Shown here: positions 13,039-24,720 of the stretch, piece by piece | Numbering within the stretch: the stretch's first letter is position 1 | Layout: each line of letters starts with the position of its first letter | Position numbers and translations under genes: made by a program | The notes under the pieces: generated by a model | Databases searched by the model: none | The model's input: only the letters and a program-made list of their open reading frames with translations | Told to the model about the DNA's origin: nothing | Assembly: GCF_001447785.1 (NCBI RefSeq) | Contig: NW_015159757.1 | Span: forward strand, 1 to 64,000 | Length of the DNA: 64,000 nt | Origin: Gekko japonicus | Taxonomy: Eukaryota | Direction: 5' to 3'

Positions 13039-14151
13039 GCTTCCGGTCTGGCTCCCGCGAATGGCGGACGCATCCTCGGGTCGCTCCCGAGGGCGCCTCG
13101 CCCGCCCGCGGTGGAGGAGGGAATTCGCGCGAGCGGAGACCCGAACGAGCCCCTCAGGAGAGAGGAGCTCGGATCCGGGGCGCTTTAGGGCGCACTAGGG
13201 GGGAGTCGCTCTTTCGGCCGAGAGGTCGGAGAATGAGGCTCCCGCCATGCCCTGCCCCAATGGACCTTGCTGCGTGAGCGACCCCGAACGGGGTTTAGCG
13301 GAGCCACCAGACGTCACCGAGTGATAAAGCGACCATCCGCAAAAATGGAAAAAGAAAAGATCGGCTTAACTGTGAGTTGTCAAAATGCAGAGAAAAAGAA
13401 CTAAAAACGTTTCCCCCCCCTCCCAGCGAAAAAGGCGAAGAGGTTAACCCTCCATTTGCATAAGCGAAAAAGAAAAGGAGGGGGGGGGAATGNNNNNNNN
13501 NNNNNNNNNNNNNNNNNNNNNNNNNNNNNNNNNNNNNNNNNNNNNNNNNNNNNNNNNNNNNNNNNNNNNNNNNNNNNNNNNNNNNNNNNNNNNNNNNNNN
13601 NNNNNNNNNNNNNNNNNNNNNNNNNNNNNNNNNNNNNNNNNNNNNNNNNNNNNNNNNNNNNNNNNNNNNNNNNNNNNNNNNNNNNNNNNNNNNNNNNNNN
13701 NNNNNNNNNNNNNNNNNNNNNNNNNNNNNNNNNNNNNNNNNNNNNNNNNNNNNNNNNNNNNNNNNNNNNNNNNNNNNNNNNNNNNNNNNNNNNNNNNNNN
13801 NNNNNNNNNNNNNNNNNNNNNNNNNNNNNNNNNNNNNNNNNNNNNNNNNNNNNNNNNNNNNNTTTTTTTATTAACAGAAACTCAAGGGAACTCAAGGGAA
13901 CATTAACAGAAACTCAAGGGAACATTACTAACACACTAACAGAGAATTATATGTGACTGGACTAAGAAAAGAAGTTTGACAACACACAGAAGAAGCTCAA
14001 GAAGATTAATTGGACATTACTAACAGTTTAATTTACCAGTTTATATATCACTCAGCTTTCTCTTTCTCCCACTGTCTACCCTTCCCATTTTTTCTTTTAA
14101 GCGAAATACCTCCCCTTTTTAGGGGAGCCAATAAAATCTTTATTAAAAAAA
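13039..14151 (+). mobile_element. Young 5'-intact L1-type element interrupted by an assembly gap
   Basis: CpG-rich 5' end gcttccggtctggctcccgcgaatggcgg; aataaa plus poly(A) at the 3' end; 19-bp TSD aagacttgttctagtactg (13020-13038, 14152-14170) at a TT/AAGA site. Confidence 0.8.
13493..13862. other. Assembly gap (370 N)
   Basis: Run of N. Confidence 1.
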
Positions 14152-14187
14152 AAGACTTGTTCTAGTACTGAGTTCGTGTCAAACTGT

Positions 14188-14397
14188 GGCGGTAAGTGCC
14201 ATCAAGTCACAGCTGATTTATAGTGACCCCATAGGGTTTTCAAGGCAGGAGATGTTCAGAGTTGGTTTGCCATTGCCTGCCTTCACGTCATGACCCTGGT
14301 ATTCCTGGGAGGTCTCCCATCCAAATACTTGCCAGGGCCAACCCTGCTCAGCTTCCGAGATCTGACGAGATCAGGATAGCCTGGGCTATCCAGGTCA
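14188..14397 (-). mobile_element. 5S rRNA-derived SINE (SINE3) with RTE-like tail
   Basis: Minus strand gatctcgtcagatctcggaagctgagcaggg...tttggatgggagacc matches the 5S internal control region; tail ggggtcactataaatcagctgtgacttgatggcac. Confidence 0.85.
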
Positions 14398-15125
14398 AAT
14401 TATTAGTTCCTTAACATTTTTATCTATAAAGAAATGTCTCTAATTTATAAATTCTGTCACTAGCGGTCTGACCTCTATTTATAATGGCTTGTTTTTAACT
14501 GAACGCAGGAAGTTATTTTCTGACACATGCCCATCTGAATTTTGCCGCTGTCTTAAGTAGTCCAGTAGCTTTGCCTTTATTTCCCACATATGGGTGAATT
14601 CTATTGTGAGACTCTAAGTTCAAAAAAGTCTATTTGTAATACCTTGGGGATTTTTTAAAAAATGTCCTCTGTGTAACAGTGAGCAAGTTTAACAAAAAAA
14701 ACATAAAACAACCTCTAATGACATTTCGCTAATTACAACCCTCAGGGATTTAGTTCACATCAGTAATACAGCAAGAGAGGAACTGTTGCCATTTTCATTT
14801 TATGTTCCAAGAGCAGTTAGTTCTCAATAACATTTGATATTATGCAGCCCACTGGATTCTACAGCTTGAATTGCAATATAACTGCCACCAAGTCACAAGA
14901 AACCTAAAGAGTGGAGAGAATTCAAGGTCAATCTATTTTCTCCAAGGTGAGATTTACAAGTAAAGGATTCACAATACATATTTTTTTAAAATACTCCAGC
15001 CAATAATATTAAGTCCCTTCCCATTCTTTCGCTAATATTCTATCTTTGAATTTATTATTTGATTTAAAGAAATGCATTTTTGTACTAACCCTTTTCTCAG
15101 TCAAGTGTTCTTTTCCTATCTACAA

Positions 15126-15550
15126 TTTATTTATTTATTATTATTATTTATTTATATCCTGCCCTTCCCGTAAATGGGCTCAGCATGGCTCACAATAATA
15201 AATACAATCTAAATTAATACAATAAATAATACAATAAAACCAGTTTAAAATTTAAACTATCTAAATATTTAAAGTGGGCAGTGCAATGCAATTAATTCAG
15301 TTACTACAGCTGGGAAAAAATATATGGGCCAATGCTGAGCCATGATAGTCCCATGTAGCAGCAGTAAGGAGGCCCACTGGTAGATGTCCACTGCCACAGC
15401 CAAAGGCCTGGTGGAACAGCTCCGTTTTATAGGCTCTGCGAAACTGCAACAATTCTCACAGGGCCCTGATCTCAATTGGGAGCATGTTCCACCAGGCTGG
15501 AGCCAGGATCGAAAAGGCCCTGGCTCTCGTTGAGGCTAGATGAGCATCTT
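15126..15550 (-). mobile_element. L2 3' fragment
   Basis: Matches the L2 ORF2 C-terminus (agggccttttc...tggtggaac...gagatcagggccctg) with a (tttat)n tail. Confidence 0.8.
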
Positions 15551-15569
15551 TCTAGCTGGGAAAACTTGA

Positions 15570-16728
15570 CCTGTAACCGCTTGTTATAATGGAATAGTGA
15601 ATAGATAGAGTAAGTTAATGATAGGTTATGTTTTGTGTTAGTCGATTTATATAATGTGATTGATAGGACAGGCTAAAAAGGTTTGGATAGGGAGAAATGG
15701 AGATAGGGTAAGTTAAGGGTAAGTCTAAAAAGTAGGTTGCCGAATAGTTTTTACCTTGGAGCGGGGGGCTCCCGCTCGGCGTCCTCAGCGTGCCGCATGC
15801 ACGTCAGCCGGATGTGATGTGCTGACGCCGGGCACGCTGGGGGCGGGGCCACAGCCATTTGAGGGGGAAACATAGAGTTTTCCCCTCAAATGTCTGTGGC
15901 CCCGCCCCCAAAAGGCTTAGAGAGTGAGTTTTTGTTAATATATATTAAGCTGGGAAAATATGAGGGAATAGTGAATAGAGGGAGTAAAGTAGTAATAAGT
16001 TATGTTTGGCGTTAGTTGATGTTTATATTTTTAGTTTCCAATATAATGAGTTAGATAGGATAAGCTAGTAATATATTATATTTGTGTTTCTGTCACAGTG
16101 GTGTTTGGTGTTAGTTGTTGGAACCTCTAGATTATGAAATATATAATTAGAGGAAAGCCAATAATAGGTAATAAGAGTGGAAGTACTGAACAGCTAAGAA
16201 GCAAGTAAGAGCTTGAATAGTTAAGAGAAGCTTGCCTTGGGAGAATGAAGTAGTTCCAAGAGCTTTAAAATCTAAAGGGTGATGTATGTTTAACTTTGAC
16301 ATGGTTGATCTATTGAAAAGCTGAAAGTAAACAATTCTTTTTTCTTATCTTCTTGATAGGGTTAGGAGATTTTGTGGAGAATAATACTAATTTTAGAAAG
16401 TCTATATGAATAATTTTCCAAAAAAAAAAAAAAGCCACGTAATGTGAAACTCATATTGTTAAATCATAAAATTGGTGTTGTTAAATCTTTAAAAAATAGT
16501 ATTAATAGAAGAGTGTACTCAAAGGTGAAATACTTTAAATACCGTGGTATAGAAGTTGGTAGGTGTAATTGAGTAAGAACTATTTGTTTGTATTTTCTCT
16601 TTTTTGGCTCAACTGTGTTACGATACAAAATTTAAATTTAATTTCATGTATGTGTTTCTGAGTATGTCAGTGTGTATATGTATGTCGTATTTTGTTTTAA
16701 AATCTAATAAATATATTGTTAAAAAAAA
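15570..16728 (+). mobile_element. AT-rich L1-like 3' segment containing a hAT-MITE fragment (15733-15910)
   Basis: aataaa plus A-tail at ~16706-16728; internal GC-rich hairpin fragment homologous to the element at 55817-56082. Confidence 0.5.
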
Positions 16729-18911
16729 CTACCATGTAAATCACCACTAAAACTCATAAAGCCACATAACATCATTTTATTTTATTTTACCTCCTTTTAT
16801 TTTACATTCCTTATTGGGACCCAAAGTGGCTTACATTGTTCTCTTCTCCGTTTTTCTTCATAACAACCCTGTGAGGTACGTTAGGTTGAAAGTATGTCAC
16901 TGGCCCAGGGTTTGGCAGTGGCTAGCAGACAATGTAATGACACACAAATTACCTGGACTCACTGGCAGTCTCTGCACAACTTGTACAACTGTACCAGGCT
17001 TGGCAGTGGTCACCATACAACCCACTGGAGTGATTTGCTACTGCATGACTTTTGCAACTTGTTCAGACTTTTTCCAAGGACAAGTCATTTCGGGTTTCTC
17101 ACTTAAAGAGTTAATAATGTTAATCTGATTTTACAGAGCATAGTGTTCACCATGTTATATAAACATTATATATGGGAGCAAGGATCTGTATATTTCAGCG
17201 AACTTCTGGTTGTGCACAATGGTGTGTTGTATTCTTCCTCTGGTATCAACCAGCCACCCACTGCCTATGGGTCTCCTCCACATGATTTCTCCCCAAAGTA
17301 CTGTGCTTGTCTTTCTCAATGGTGAGTGATAATCAAATCGTAGATCTAAATATTATAGGAGCATCTTTGTGTGAGGAGTACAGACTGTTCTGAGGACCCT
17401 ATAGGTAATTCCTCAAGTACAAGTGAAAGGCCGTTTTTGGTTGTCTACAGTATCCTTCTCCCTCTTGATCTTAGCCCCCCACCTAGGAAACCTAAGGCCA
17501 CATTTAAATGTTGAACGTTATCTCCCTCTCACACACTTTGTTGATGCAAAACATATATTTAATTCAAATAGAAAAATATACAACATAAACAGGACCACGG
17601 GGTAAGATATCTATCATGCTGGGCATACTAAGACTCTGCCTCAAAGTCTTGTGGTGCAGGGGTGAGCTTGGATTCACAATCTTACAGTTCCTATGAGGAT
17701 ACTGCTGGTGACCAATGTCCATGCATAATGTCCAGGAGTGAGGAAGTATTGCCCCTAGCGAAATACAGTACTCTACATAACAGCTTAATCCTATTAGTTG
17801 GCAATAGGTAAGAGAAGCTGCTAGACATTTGCTCTTGCAGGCTATCATGCTGAACACTTTTGGTGCCTCTATTCTCAAGAGAGTGATTTAAGTGTATGTG
17901 CCAGAGAAAGGGGTACAGATGAGACATGACTGTATGTAAGTTAACAGGAATATCAACCCATAACAAGTATTTGGTAGAATCATAAAATGATTAGGAATGG
18001 GCATGAACTCACTCATGAACCAAGGTCTGTGATGAATTTTGGCTGGTTTGTGGTTCTCGAACTGAAGTTTATGGCAGTCAACTGGGACAAACTTTCCACG
18101 AACTTTCAAGTGATTTGTGGTGGTCCATGAATGAATACATTTCCAGACAGACTGTCTCCACTCAATCAAAATGTTAACCAAACTTCAAAGCAACAGGGGG
18201 AGTGGAATTCTCCAGCCTTGGAAACACCAAATAGGGGTCCTCCAAAGCTTAACAGGCACTGCTAACTGTTAATAACATAGTCCCCATTTTATTCTATCAG
18301 ATTAGAATGCTATATACACCCTCAGCTCAGCTCCACACCCTCACCTCTGTTGGTTGTTGGTGGTTAGACGGAGTGGCAGGGAACTTGTTAAAAGCAGGCC
18401 ACATTCATTTATTCCTGACTGAGGGTGCCTTGGCTGAGGACCCACATTTATACCCTCCCACCCCTCCTGTTTGTGAACACCTCTCCCCTGGTAGAGTTTG
18501 GGTGTTAGGTGGAGTCAGGGCTCTGAGCCACCCCATCTCTCTGCTCATGCCAAGCAGAGGGCCTTAGCTACTGGGTCCCTTGGCTGAGGACTCACATTTA
18601 TACCCTCCCACTCCTTCTGATTGTGAACCCCCCCCCCAAAAAAAAACACACACACCCCAGTGCTCTTTCTGGAAACGACAGCTACAGAACAGAGATCTAT
18701 AGAACAGCTCAGGAACAAGCCAGTGACACCAAAATCACAGGACACTGGAAACAAGACTAGCTTTCCCCCTACACTTGCAGCCCCCCTCCATCTCCAAAGT
18801 CAGGTTCTGAAGGACAGAAAGGCAGACATTTCTTTTGACATGGGCTCCCAAGTGAAGAGGCCAACATTTGGTCCAGTCCTTGAATCAGGGTGATGACTTG
18901 CTCCAGGCTGG

Positions 18912-19250
18912 CTATATGGGTGCAGAGCATATTGTGGTGTCTTGAAAGGGCTTGAGGACATGCACCATTTGGGAGAGGGTCAGCCAGTCACTGGAGCTGA
19001 TGCTGAGTTCCTCTTCCCCGAGCAGGATGGTCATGGAGGAGATGACATCCTGCACCACACTCTTCTGCTCCACCAAATATGCAATCATGGCGTAGGTGGA
19101 GTTCCAGGAGGTGGATAAGTCCAGGATGAGCCAGTGTTGAGGCTCATCCCCCTCCCCCTGCCTCTCATGCAGCAGACAGGCAGACATGATGCTGTGCAAG
19201 AAGTGGGCAGCCAGGTACTGGCAGGTCTCGAGCAAGGACCACATCTTCAA
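18912..19250 (-). pseudogene. hAT (ZBED-like) transposase fragment
   Basis: LILDLSTSWNSTYAMI (decayed TRWNST motif) ... DWLTLSQMVHVLKPFQ. Confidence 0.85.
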
Positions 19251-19954
19251 AGTGGCAGTGTCCCAGGCTTCAGCTGCTTTCTGGTGCTGGGTTGGGAGGG
19301 GCCATGGAGGAGTGTACTCAAGGTGGGAGAAGCTATGGAGAGTTGGGATGTGGGAGGGGAAGATACTTCCCCTTCCCCTAAATCAATGCTGTCAGAGTCC
19401 TCTCCAAGCAGTATTAGCAACTGCTGGTGTCTGGACAGTGATAACAACTGTTATGCTTCTGTGGACAGCCCTAGGAAGAGATCAAGGGAAGGAAGCTCTG
19501 AGACCCCTGGTGATTCCTTGCTAGGGTCGGGCTCCAGTGGGCTGGCATGATGGGCTTGGTGCCCAGGGACAGGGGCCTGTGGTACACAAGGGGTAGAGGA
19601 CTTCTTCTCCCATGATGAGCACCCCTTGCACCCATTTTCACTCTCATGACACACAGAGGTGTTCACAATCAGGAGGGGTGGGAGGGTATAAAATGCGAGT
19701 CCTCAGCCAAGGCACCCACTAGCTAAGCCCCTCTGCTCAGCATGAGCTGAGAGATGGGGTGGCTCAGAACCCTGAGTCTGTAACTGGGATCCCATAAATG
19801 CAATCCACCCTCAACTTGGAGAAATTGTAGAAGAGCGCACAACAGGGTGAGTTGCCCTGTGTGTTTAGTGTGTGTAGCTTGCAGGGGGTCCACCCTATAC
19901 ACTTTTGAACCTGCACCTGGCATTTCCCCAAAAAGCACTTTCCTGGGAGTATTT

Positions 19955-22770
19955 TATATTATTTATTTTTATTGATTGGATTTTTACCCCGCCCTATCAG
20001 CCAAAGCCAGCTCAGTGCGGCTTACATAAAATCAATACATAATTTACAATAAAACGTGTCTAAGTTGAATTAAAACAATTCTAAAATCATTTAACTGTGC
20101 AACTCAATAAAGTGCTAATAACAATAATTCCTGATGGCTGTGATGACACAACCCACTCTTCTTATAGTTGGTTCCTCAATCTTCTTGTAGTTTTCCTTGT
20201 GGCAACTGACACCAACTGTCATTAAAAGTTTTAGGAGTCAGGACCCTCTCAACTTCAGCTATCAGTTGTTAGTTGTTAACGGTGGTGATTAGCAGTGGTG
20301 GCAGCTCCAAAAGCCTGGTGGAAGAGCTCCGTTTTACAGGCCCTGTGGAACTGCAGAAGGTCCCGCAGGGCCCTGATCTCCTCTGGGAGCTCATTCCACC
20401 AAAGTGGAGCCGCCACCGAGAAAGCCCTGGCCCTGGTTGTTGCCAACCTGGCCTCCTTAAAACTTGGGAAGGCCAGTCGGTTCTGGGCCCCCGATTGCAG
20501 TGCTCTCTGGGGAACATGTGGGGAAAGGTGGTCCCTCAGGTATGCAGGTCCCTGGCCATATAGGGCTTTCAAGGTAAGAACCAGCACCTTGAAATGGATC
20601 TGGTATGCTATTGGCAGCCAGCGTAATGCCTTTAGCATAGGCTGTATGTGCTCCCATCTAGGGATTCCCATCAAAAGTCTGGCCGTGGCATCTTGCACCA
20701 GCTGCAGCTACTAGATATGAGACAAGGGCATTACAGTAGTCCAGTCTTGAGGTGACCATTGCATGGGTCACTACTGCCAAGTCATTGCATTTGAGGAAGG
20801 GAACCAACTGCCTGATCAGCCAAAGGTGATAAGGCCAATTTGGCAGTGGCTGCTACCTGGGCCTCCATTGTTAAGGAGGCATCCAGGAGCACTCCCAAAT
20901 GCCTAACCTCTGGCACTGGCACCAAAGGAGCTCCATCGAAGATCGGGAGCAGGGTCCCTCCCATCCGTCCGCCCTGACTCAGACACAGGACTTCTGTCTT
21001 CATCGGATTCAACTTCAGCCGGCTCAGTCTAAGCCAACCAGCCATGGCTTGTAACACCTGGTCCAGATCTTCTGGTTTGGAGTCAGACCGGCCACCAAAC
21101 AACAGATAGAGCTGGGTGTCATCTGCATACTAGTGACATCCCAGCCCATGCCTCCAGGTGATCTGGGCAAGAAGGCGCATATATATGTTAAAAAGCATTG
21201 GGGACAGCACTGCCACTTGAGGCACACCACAGTCCAATGGGTGCCTCTGTGATAGCTGTTCCCCTAGTACCACTTTTTGTCCCCAACTCTGGAGGAAGAA
21301 GACAAGCGACTGCAAGGCCAGCCTCTTAATTCCAGTGTTGGTGAGGCGGTGGGTCAGTAGCTGATGGTCGACTGTGTCAAATGCTGCCGACAAGTCTAAC
21401 AACAACAGCACTGCCATTCTGCCCTGATCCAGATGCCTCTGGAGGTTGTCTTTGAGGGCGACCAGTGCTATCTCCATCCCATGGCTTTAGCAAAAGCTGA
21501 CTGGAAGGGTTCTAAGATGGAAGCAACATCCAAGAAGCCCTGTAACTGAATTGCCACTGCCCTCTCTATTAACTTACCCAAAATATGGGCAGGTTGGAAA
21601 CTGGCCAGTAGTTAGCCAATTTGGCCAGATCCAAAGATGGCTTTTTCAAGAGAGGGCAGACCACTGCTTCCTTAAGTGCCCCTGGGAACCGCCCCTCCTA
21701 GAGGGACTTGTTGATAATCTCCCAAAGGGCACCTCGAAACCCCTTGTGGCCAGCTTTAATTAGCCACGAAGGGCACTGATCCAGGGAGCAAGTGGTAGGG
21801 TATACAGTTAGGGGCAATTTGTTAACTTCCTCTAGGCTGAGTGGGCCAAAGTGATCCATAACCTGACTAGAAGATGTGCATGCAGCCTCAAGTTCACTCA
21901 CTGTATCAACTGTGGTGGGGAGGTCACGGCAGAGCAGCAGGACTTTATCTGCAAAATAGCTTGCAAAAGCATCACAGCCAATGTCCAATTTCCTAGTGTT
22001 TGGTTTGCCTTGCGGCAGAGCAGTAATAGACCAAATCATTCTAAACAATTGAGCTGGGCGTGAGCTAGCAGACACATCACAGCCGTATAGTATTGTCTCT
22101 TAGCAGCCTTGACTGCTACCTTACAGGATCTCATAAATGTCCTATAGGATATTCTTGAAGCTTCATCGCAAGCACCCGCCACTGTCTCTCTAGCCGTCTT
22201 AACCCCCACTTCATCAGCCGCAACTCCTGGGTAAACCATGGAGCAAGCCTAGAATGGGGGTGCAGAGGGTGCTGGGGAGTGGCCTCATCGATGGCTGTCA
22301 AGAGTCATATGCCAGTCCTCTACAAGCTCATCTAATGAGCCGCTAGGGAGCTTCAGGTCCTTTTGGCTCCGCAGGCAAGCCAAGATAGGCTCGCCACCCA
22401 AACAGGGTCAGAGTGAAACATTCAAATGAGCCTTCAAGGCAAAGTGGTCTGACCATGGTACCACTAAAGCAGTAATTTGGTCCACTGTAACCCCCACAGC
22501 GAAGATCAAATCAAGCATGTGTCTAGCCCAGTGAGTGGGAGCTGTTATAAACTGGGAGAGTGACACCAGGTCCACTGCCATCATCAGCATGGACATTGAA
22601 ATCACCCAGGATGATCAGTCTAGGGTGTTCTATTGCCTAGCCTGATATGGCCTCCATCAGAGATGGTAGGCTGTTGGTGCGTTGGGCGGTTAGTACACCA
22701 ACCAAATTGCCACACTCTCCCCAGCTTCCCACACTAGGCCAACACACTCTATGCCCATGATCTTCTTGGG
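19955..22770 (-). mobile_element. L2 LINE, 5'-truncated ORF2, same family as 1-4236
   Basis: LDLIF, VLLLLDLSAAFDTVDH, GVPQ, KLNPMKTE, LRWLPIAYQI; tail at ~19955-20020. Confidence 0.93.
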
Positions 22771-24504
22771 GGGCATAACTTGTACCCCCTAAGTCTAAGC
22801 CACACATAACTCAGAGGTCATGTAGAGGAGCATCAGGGAGAGTTTCCCTGCAAGTTTGATGTCTCTAGTTTGCCCAGGGTCTGTTCTATACACTCCTGAA
22901 CCTCCTGAACCTGCACCTACACTTTTCATTTCCACAGAAAGCACTTTCCTGGGGGCACCTTCTTTGGGGAGCTGTAACTCAAACCCCATAAATCCAGTCT
23001 TCACCAAACCTGGACGGCAGGTAGAAGAGAGTCAGCTGGAGGTCCTCTGTGAGTTTGGTGTCTCTAGTACATCAGGGACCCTTCTACTACCTCACAAACC
23101 AAACCAGTTCATTTGGCGCCTAAAAGTTCATGGTGGTTCGTGGCTCACAACCTGGGCACACTGTGAACCAAGAAGTGAAATGAACCACATTTTCCCCATT
23201 TGTGCCCATCCCTACAAATGATAACTGCCTAGAACCCCAGATATACTAAAACAAAACAGGCAGAACATATTTTCAGCTCACACCTTCTATTTATATGTAT
23301 TTATTTATTCCCTCTACCACTCGAGTCATGATGGGCAGTGCCAGCATTTACTAGCACAACAGTATAGTAGCTTAATCACAACCACAAATACTAACGTTTT
23401 TGCATTATCAGTTACATAGACATTGCTATAAAACAAATAAGTTAACTCTGATCAAGTATGCAATTTGAGTTTGTTTTTACTGCATTCTTTTCCAGTTTGC
23501 ATGTCATGACATTTTCTGCCCTGATATGGCTGACCCCCCCCACCTGATTAAAGATTGCTTGTGCTATAAAACTCAGTGAGACTTGAAAAACTAAGTCCTA
23601 TCACTTCTTTCACATAGCCCAGTTCCTTGTGATACTAGAGTACAGATATGTCCCCTGCTGGCTAAGTGGACTAGTGTCAGTTATATCTAGATATCCAGGA
23701 GAATGGTACAAGGCAGACCTTGGTGAAATTAAACAGTCTTTAACCTAAAAGGGGGGAAGACTAGGTAGTGTTCTAAGAACTGGCCTGATCCTCTTACTGT
23801 TGATTTATGATATCCCAGTGTTCTCTCTTGCTGCTGGACTCCTACAGCCCAACTTGCTCCGTTCCCCCCCCTTTTTTAGTCAGGCTGATATTTTGCAGTT
23901 ATATGATGTGTTTGACTGGTGTGTACATGTGAGAGAAAGAGAAGTAGGGGAGAAAGATAGGAAAGCATTATAGATGGATAACACAATTTGAGTAAGAATA
24001 AGCCTGGAATGGATTGCATGCTACAGGCAGAAATCAGGAAAGGACTGCATATGCTATTATACTGCATAAACTTCAGTTGTCTGTGTTCTTGATTGGCTCT
24101 GGAAGGCACAATATGCCTATCATAAGTATAAAGACAGAGTGGACAGTAACAGCTGAAGATTGTCTAGCCTCACTGTTGCAAAATTCACCTCAGGGAAAAA
24201 GAAAGTTCAGTCTCTGTGACAATTCATCCCTAGACTCCAGGCAGAGAAAAGTGTATCAATTACTGTCAGTGCCAATAAAAGTTTGTAATGTGCCTTTCCA
24301 TAAGGAATCTAAACCTGGAATATACTCTAAATGGAAGCAAATCTCACTTGTTTCACTGGGTCCCTGAATATTTAATTAGTTTGTTAAAACATTTTAAGCC
24401 ATGTTTTGACCCAACTCAGGTCTCCCAGGGGACAAAAAAACAAACAAAAACCCCACATTAAAACAAGTTAAGAACTCATACACATTCATACTAAATTTAA
24501 AAGA

Positions 24505-24625
24505 GCAAGAGTCCAGTAGCACCTTAAAGACTAACGAAATTTGTGGCAGGGTATGAGCTTCTGTGAGTCACTGCTTACTTCTTCAGATACAGACAGATTA
24601 ACATGGCTACCCATCTTGATCTATC
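24505..24625 (-). mobile_element. Penelope-like terminal-repeat fragment with degenerate hammerhead motif
   Basis: gagtccagtagcaccttaaagactaac repeat; minus strand gtat-CTGAAGA-agtaagcagtgactcac-AGAA-gc-tc-atac. Confidence 0.6.
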
Positions 24626-24720
24626 ACCATGGGAAATACAAAATTTAAAGTAATTAAAACAAATGTAGACACATGAATGGGAAGGAGGATCAATGAGGAG
24701 ATCCTTTCTCAGGTTTCCAC

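Larger units (their letters stand above)
17992..23214 (-). mobile_element. hAT DNA transposon (deleted), with nested L2
   Basis: TIR taggaatgggca / tgcccatcccta; 8-bp TSD aaaatgat / caaatgat; transposase remnant inside. Confidence 0.8.

Noticed and set aside
13401-13956. ORFs spanning the N run
   Set aside because: Artefacts of the assembly gap.
14300-14397. Possible 5S rRNA gene
   Set aside because: Diverged ends and fusion to a SINE body and tail; it is a SINE head.
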